Positions 36,439 to 40,368 of a stretch of 40,368 nt of DNA are shown one piece after another. The notes beneath the pieces were generated by a model. It saw only the letters and a list, made by a program, of their open reading frames with translations. It did no database searches and had not been told where the DNA came from. Position numbers and translations under genes: made by a program. The DNA is from Deltaproteobacteria bacterium (lineage in GTDB: Bacteria; Myxococcota; JACRCW01). Within the stretch, counting starts at the first letter, position 1; the number at the start of each line of letters is the position of its first letter. The DNA lies in assembly GCA_016218805.1 (NCBI GenBank), contig JACRCW010000083.1, forward strand, positions 1-40,368, written 5' to 3'.

Positions 36439-36885
36439 CGTTGTTCACCTCGAGCACGGAGGATGGCGCGAATGGAAAGGGCGTGCGACGCAGAGTCATA
36501 TGACCGCGCGGCGGCGGAACACCAGCACCGCGGGATCAACCTCCAGCGGCGGCACCAGCGCGGCATCGTCAGTCCGCTGGATATCCGGGAATTCGTAGGC
36601 ATCCCGTCACCCGCGGCAAGCCGGAACAGCGTGGTGTCGACGACATACAGCTCGACACCGGCAGAGCGGAACGCGCGGCGCTGCGGTCACCAGCGTTCCT
36701 CCACGCCCTTCCACGTTGCGGCGGAAATCCGGCAGACATGCCAATTGACCACGCTGCACCTTGAGCGCGGCGAGGAAACGCGGCCTTGCACCGGTGCGCA
36801 GACTGCAGAACTGCGGTGAATGCGCACAAACCTCAGCTTCACCGGGTGGAAGGAGCCGTTCTGCACGGCGGACAGCCGCGGCTGC

Positions 36886-36901
36886 GGGCACGTGATTTGC
36901 T
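36886..36901 (+). promoter_or_regulatory. Putative sigma54 (-24/-12) promoter
   Basis: GGGCACGTGATTTGCT has exact GG-N10-GC spacing and matches TGGCACG-N4-TTGCW except for the first base; about 80 bp upstream of the SLT gene. Confidence 0.6.
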
Positions 36902-36983
36902 TCAGGTGCGGGTGTCCAGATGTCAGCGAGTCGTCGGGCCTGGGCTGGGCGACTCGCGGACACAACGTCCCGGGGGGGACATC

Positions 36984-37862
36984 ATGAAGACCGCGCCGAC
37001 GAGGACAGCATCGTCTTTGCTCGTGACTGCGTTGTTCCTGATTGCCCGAATGCCCGCGGCGGCATCGTCCGCACTGGACGCTGCGGTGGCTTCCCGGCCG
37101 GCGCGGAATGCGCACGCTGCAACGGTTCCCCTGGCGGCGACGCTGCGGCACACGAGCACCGAGCGGGCTGCGCAACGTGCCGTGATGACAGCGGTGACGG
37201 ACTCCGGCCACCGCGGGACGGCGGCGCAACGCCTGGGCGCGACCATCATGCGGGCAGCTCACGCCAACGGTCTGGACCCGCTGCTGCTGGTGGCCATCAT
37301 CCAGGTGGAGAGCGAGTTTGACGTCATGGCGCTCAGCAAGCGGGGCGCCAGGGGCCTGATGCAGATCATGCCCGCCACGGGAAAGTGGCTGGCCGACCGG
37401 CTGGGCCAACCACTGCCGTCGACGGACGAGTTGTATGACGTTGACCTCAACGTGCTCCTCGCGACCCGGTATCTCGCAGAACTGCGGAGTCAATTCGGGT
37501 CCATGGAGCATGCGTTGCTGGCGTACAACGCGGGCCCCACCGCAGCCCGGGCGATTCTCTCGGATCCGGACCGGCGCGCCCGCTGGCTGAAGGGTTATCC
37601 CGCAAAAGTCCAGCGGTGTTTCAAGGCGCTGCAGGCGTCCCAGGCGTCCGAGATTGAGACGCCGCCAGGGGCGACGGACACGACGGCCACGGCGACACGT
37701 TGCGAAGCCGCAGAGTGTGCGCGTACGGCGGGCAGTCAATCTGAACGAGCCCTCCGGAACCTGGTGCGGAGACAGGGCCTCCGCTGGGCAGTGAATTCCG
37801 CCGTTTTCCCCGGGCCCCATCCGCGCCGCCGGTTTGCCTGGCCCGGCACTCCATCAGGGTGA
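36984..37862 (+). CDS. Lytic transglycosylase (SLT domain)
   Basis: AIIQVES, GARGLMQIMPATG, LLAYNAGP motifs; N-terminal leader. Confidence 0.92.
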   Translation: MKTAPTRTASSLLVTALFLIARMPAAASSALDAAVASRPARNAHAATVPLAATLRHTSTERAAQRAVMTAVTDSGHRGTAAQRLGATIMRAAHANGLDPLLLVAIIQVESEFDVMALSKRGARGLMQIMPATGKWLADRLGQPLPSTDELYDVDLNVLLATRYLAELRSQFGSMEHALLAYNAGPTAARAILSDPDRRARWLKGYPAKVQRCFKALQASQASEIETPPGATDTTATATRCEAAECARTAGSQSERALRNLVRRQGLRWAVNSAVFPGPHPRRRFAWPGTPSG

Positions 37863-37943
37863 TGGTTGACTGCGGACGCCGGCTGAGGACGCGCGAGTAG
37901 GCAGGAACGTCCATGCGCAGGGGATGCGGAACGCCGGATGACC

Positions 37944-40205
37944 TCATCGCAAGCCGGACGCGTCGTCGCCGATGGTCGGGTCCAACGAAAGCGCGCGGTC
38001 CAGGGCTTCCCGGGCGGCGGCGTCTTCCTTGCGGCCTCGCAGCGCGCGCCCGTGATTGAGCCACACGACCGCAAGGTCCGAACGCAGCAGAACCGCCGCG
38101 GAGCACGCGTTCGTGGCCGCCTCGTCGTCGCCGCGCTCGTGCTCAAGGACGCATAGATTGTTCCAGCTCTGCACCAGGTCCGGCCGCGATGTGACCGCGC
38201 GACGCAAGGCGGCGCGCGCTTCTTCAACTCGTGGCGGCACCGACTGAAGGAAAATGTCCGCAAGGTCCTGCTGGACGAGCCCGTCGTCAGGCTCCAGGTC
38301 TGTCGCCCGCCTGAGCACCCACGCCGCCAACCGGACCTTTCCGCCAGCCACGTATGCCCGCGCCAGCACACGCATCGCTTCCACGTTGGTCTCGTCCAGC
38401 GACAGCCCCGCACGCGCGCGCTTCTCCGCGGTCGCACCGTCGCGCAGCGCCAACGCCAGGTGGCCCGCGGCGGCGTGGGCGTACGCGTCCGTCATTCCCG
38501 CTTGTTCTACTGCCTCCACCGCGTCGGCAAGCGCGTGCGTGCGCACGTCAAGCAGAACCAGGTTGACCAGCGCGCGGCCGCAACCGGGGTCCTCCGCAAG
38601 CGCTCTACGGTACTCCCGGCGGCCCTTCGCCGGGCCGTCGGCGTGCTCCGCCTTGACGGCGACCGCCAGGTTGGCAAGACACGACGTGACTTGGACCTCC
38701 GGTTCAAGAATCCCCTGGCGGCGTGCAAGCCCCCCCGCCATTGCTTCGTTGAACTTCCGCAGCGCCCCGTCGCACGGCGGTGCCGACGGCTGGACCGGCT
38801 TCTCGGGTGTCACCACATGAGGTGCCGCAAGCCCCGCGTGCATGTCGTCGAGAAATGGCGAGCGGTTGTTTCGCGCTGGTGCCGGCGCCCGCTGCCCTGA
38901 TTTCAGCGCGCTCAACCTTTCGACGGCCAGCCGGACGTATTCGGCGTGCACCGGATCCCCTCGGAAGCGGGCAATGAAGCGTTTGAGGGTGTCCGCAAGG
39001 CGCCGCTTTTCGCCGAGTTTCTCCAGCGGCGCCACGGCGCGGAACCCGACGGACGCAGCATCCGGGCGCTCCGGATACGACGTGGAGTACCTCTCGTACG
39101 CCTGCGCGGCAGGAAGATGTTGAAGCGTTGCCTCCAGGATTTCCGCCATGTTGATCATCGCGGCAGCGCGGTTCTCACTCTTGGGGTACTGCCTGATGAA
39201 AGCGGCGTACGCGTCAATGGCCCGCTCGAATTCGAACGCCGCCCGGAGCGATTCTGCGGCTCTCCATTGCGCCGGTTCCCTGAGTTCGCTCTTGGGATAC
39301 CTCTCCACCATCCGTGCATAGACCGACGCGGCCAACGCGACGTTGCCAGCCTTGGAGTACAGGAACGCCGCCTGGAAGAGTGCCTTGTCCGCAAACGGGT
39401 GCTCCGGCGACCTGTCAACGACTCGGATGTACTCGCGGGCGGCGCCACGCAGCCAGGCGTGAGCTTCCACCTTCTCGCCGATGCTGATCAGTTCTTCTCC
39501 TTTGTCCGTTCGCCACTTGGCCGGCTGAAAGACGGCGCCGTGCCGCTCGTTTTCTCCATGGCCGACACCCAGGACCTCCACGTTGCGTGCGAACTTCGCA
39601 GCGTCGTCGCAGTCGCGTTGGCCAACCAGGATCAGCATCACGTGGTGGGCGCAAACGACAGCCGCATCCGATTGGGGCGCATTCTCCACGACATTGAGCA
39701 GCCTTGGCAGTGCCTCGTTGAAGTGCCCGTGCCGTACGAGGACCTCCGCCGCTGCTGTCTTCACCGCTGGCACCCTCTCATCAGCCGGCGCTGCTTCCAC
39801 AAAGCGGTCACACGCTCGGATGAGTTCCTGCTGGAGGGGCGGGACGGCGACGGTGGCCGGCAGTATGGCGTCGGCCTCAAGCCGCGGAAGTGCGACCGGC
39901 GGCTTGCGCTGCGCCTCGGCCTCGATGAGTTTGGACAGCGCAAAGAAGACTCCGGCCGCGGCTTCCTCGCGGTACTGCGTCGTTGTCTTGGAATCCCGAA
40001 TCTGAGCGTATTCGTCGGCCGCCCTCCGGAATTGTTGCGAGCAGTACAACGCGTCGGCGAGATACCAGCGCACTTCCAGCGCGTTCGGGTCGTCGGGGCG
40101 GCGCGCCAGGTACTCGGTGTACGCCGTGGCCGCCTTCTCGTATTCCGGCAATGCCAGCGGGTACTCATCGTGGGACACGCGTCGCTGTGCCTCCTGGTGG
40201 TGCAA
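37944..40205 (-). CDS. TPR protein resembling gliding-motility GltD/AgmU (N-part) and GltE/AglT (C-part); probably 5'-truncated
   Basis: Many TPR/BamD-like repeats (YPKSE, AIDAYAAFIRQYP, WNNLCVL, WLNHGRAL). The frame opens after a stop near 40282 with no good start or signal peptide and begins mid-repeat (LYVAAILHHQEAQ). Confidence 0.65.
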   Translation of the reverse strand: MHHQEAQRRVSHDEYPLALPEYEKAATAYTEYLARRPDDPNALEVRWYLADALYCSQQFRRAADEYAQIRDSKTTTQYREEAAAGVFFALSKLIEAEAQRKPPVALPRLEADAILPATVAVPPLQQELIRACDRFVEAAPADERVPAVKTAAAEVLVRHGHFNEALPRLLNVVENAPQSDAAVVCAHHVMLILVGQRDCDDAAKFARNVEVLGVGHGENERHGAVFQPAKWRTDKGEELISIGEKVEAHAWLRGAAREYIRVVDRSPEHPFADKALFQAAFLYSKAGNVALAASVYARMVERYPKSELREPAQWRAAESLRAAFEFERAIDAYAAFIRQYPKSENRAAAMINMAEILEATLQHLPAAQAYERYSTSYPERPDAASVGFRAVAPLEKLGEKRRLADTLKRFIARFRGDPVHAEYVRLAVERLSALKSGQRAPAPARNNRSPFLDDMHAGLAAPHVVTPEKPVQPSAPPCDGALRKFNEAMAGGLARRQGILEPEVQVTSCLANLAVAVKAEHADGPAKGRREYRRALAEDPGCGRALVNLVLLDVRTHALADAVEAVEQAGMTDAYAHAAAGHLALALRDGATAEKRARAGLSLDETNVEAMRVLARAYVAGGKVRLAAWVLRRATDLEPDDGLVQQDLADIFLQSVPPRVEEARAALRRAVTSRPDLVQSWNNLCVLEHERGDDEAATNACSAAVLLRSDLAVVWLNHGRALRGRKEDAAAREALDRALSLDPTIGDDASGLR

Positions 40206-40368
40206 GATCGCAGCAACGTAGAGGGGGTGTTGACGGGGGCGTGAGAGCGCGGAAATCCGGTGAAGAACGGATGTTCGCCCTCATGTGAGGTGGGCGGCGC
40301 GGCGGCGTTTTCCTCCCCACCCGGGAACAGGAAGAGACGGTCGGCGGGGCGTCCCGGTATGGGTCCCG

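Noticed and set aside
36496..36760. Coding-like fragments on the minus strand (GVELYVVDTTLF; YEFPDIQRTDDAALVPPLEVDPAVLVF)
   Set aside because: They are split across frames with an internal stop and no recognisable family, so the evidence is too weak to call.

Overview
High-GC bacterial DNA that most resembles Myxococcota (inferred from a tandem-PilZ protein, many Cys-rich lipoproteins, a gliding-motility-like TPR gene and an Mx8-style integrase remnant). Positions 1-18.3 kb look like core chromosome: a large Cys-rich lipoprotein, DUF1801, a LuxR regulator, a lipoprotein with a duplicated novel domain, udk, nadD, a degenerate metallophosphoesterase, envelope proteins, a helical protein with an EspA/Bsp22-like C-terminus, a tiny LptM/YifL-like lipoprotein and a methyltransferase. 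tRNA-Pro(CGG) at 18364-18440 carries a decayed ~1.45 kb integrative islet that retains an intact RelE/ParE-type toxin-antitoxin pair. After two divergent GT-C glycosyltransferases comes the most notable block (24.1-31.9 kb), three contiguous regulator/effector modules: AraC(cupin) with Zn-macrodomain + class M sirtuin, OxyR with ahpC-ahpF, and a Cys-rich ArsR with the mercury-methylation genes hgcA-hgcB. The last 8.5 kb is a patchwork of a frameshifted PHP-hydrolase pseudogene, GFA, a gluzincin-like lipoprotein, a lytic transglycosylase and a 5'-truncated TPR gene. Family assignments come from motif recognition by eye, with no database searches.
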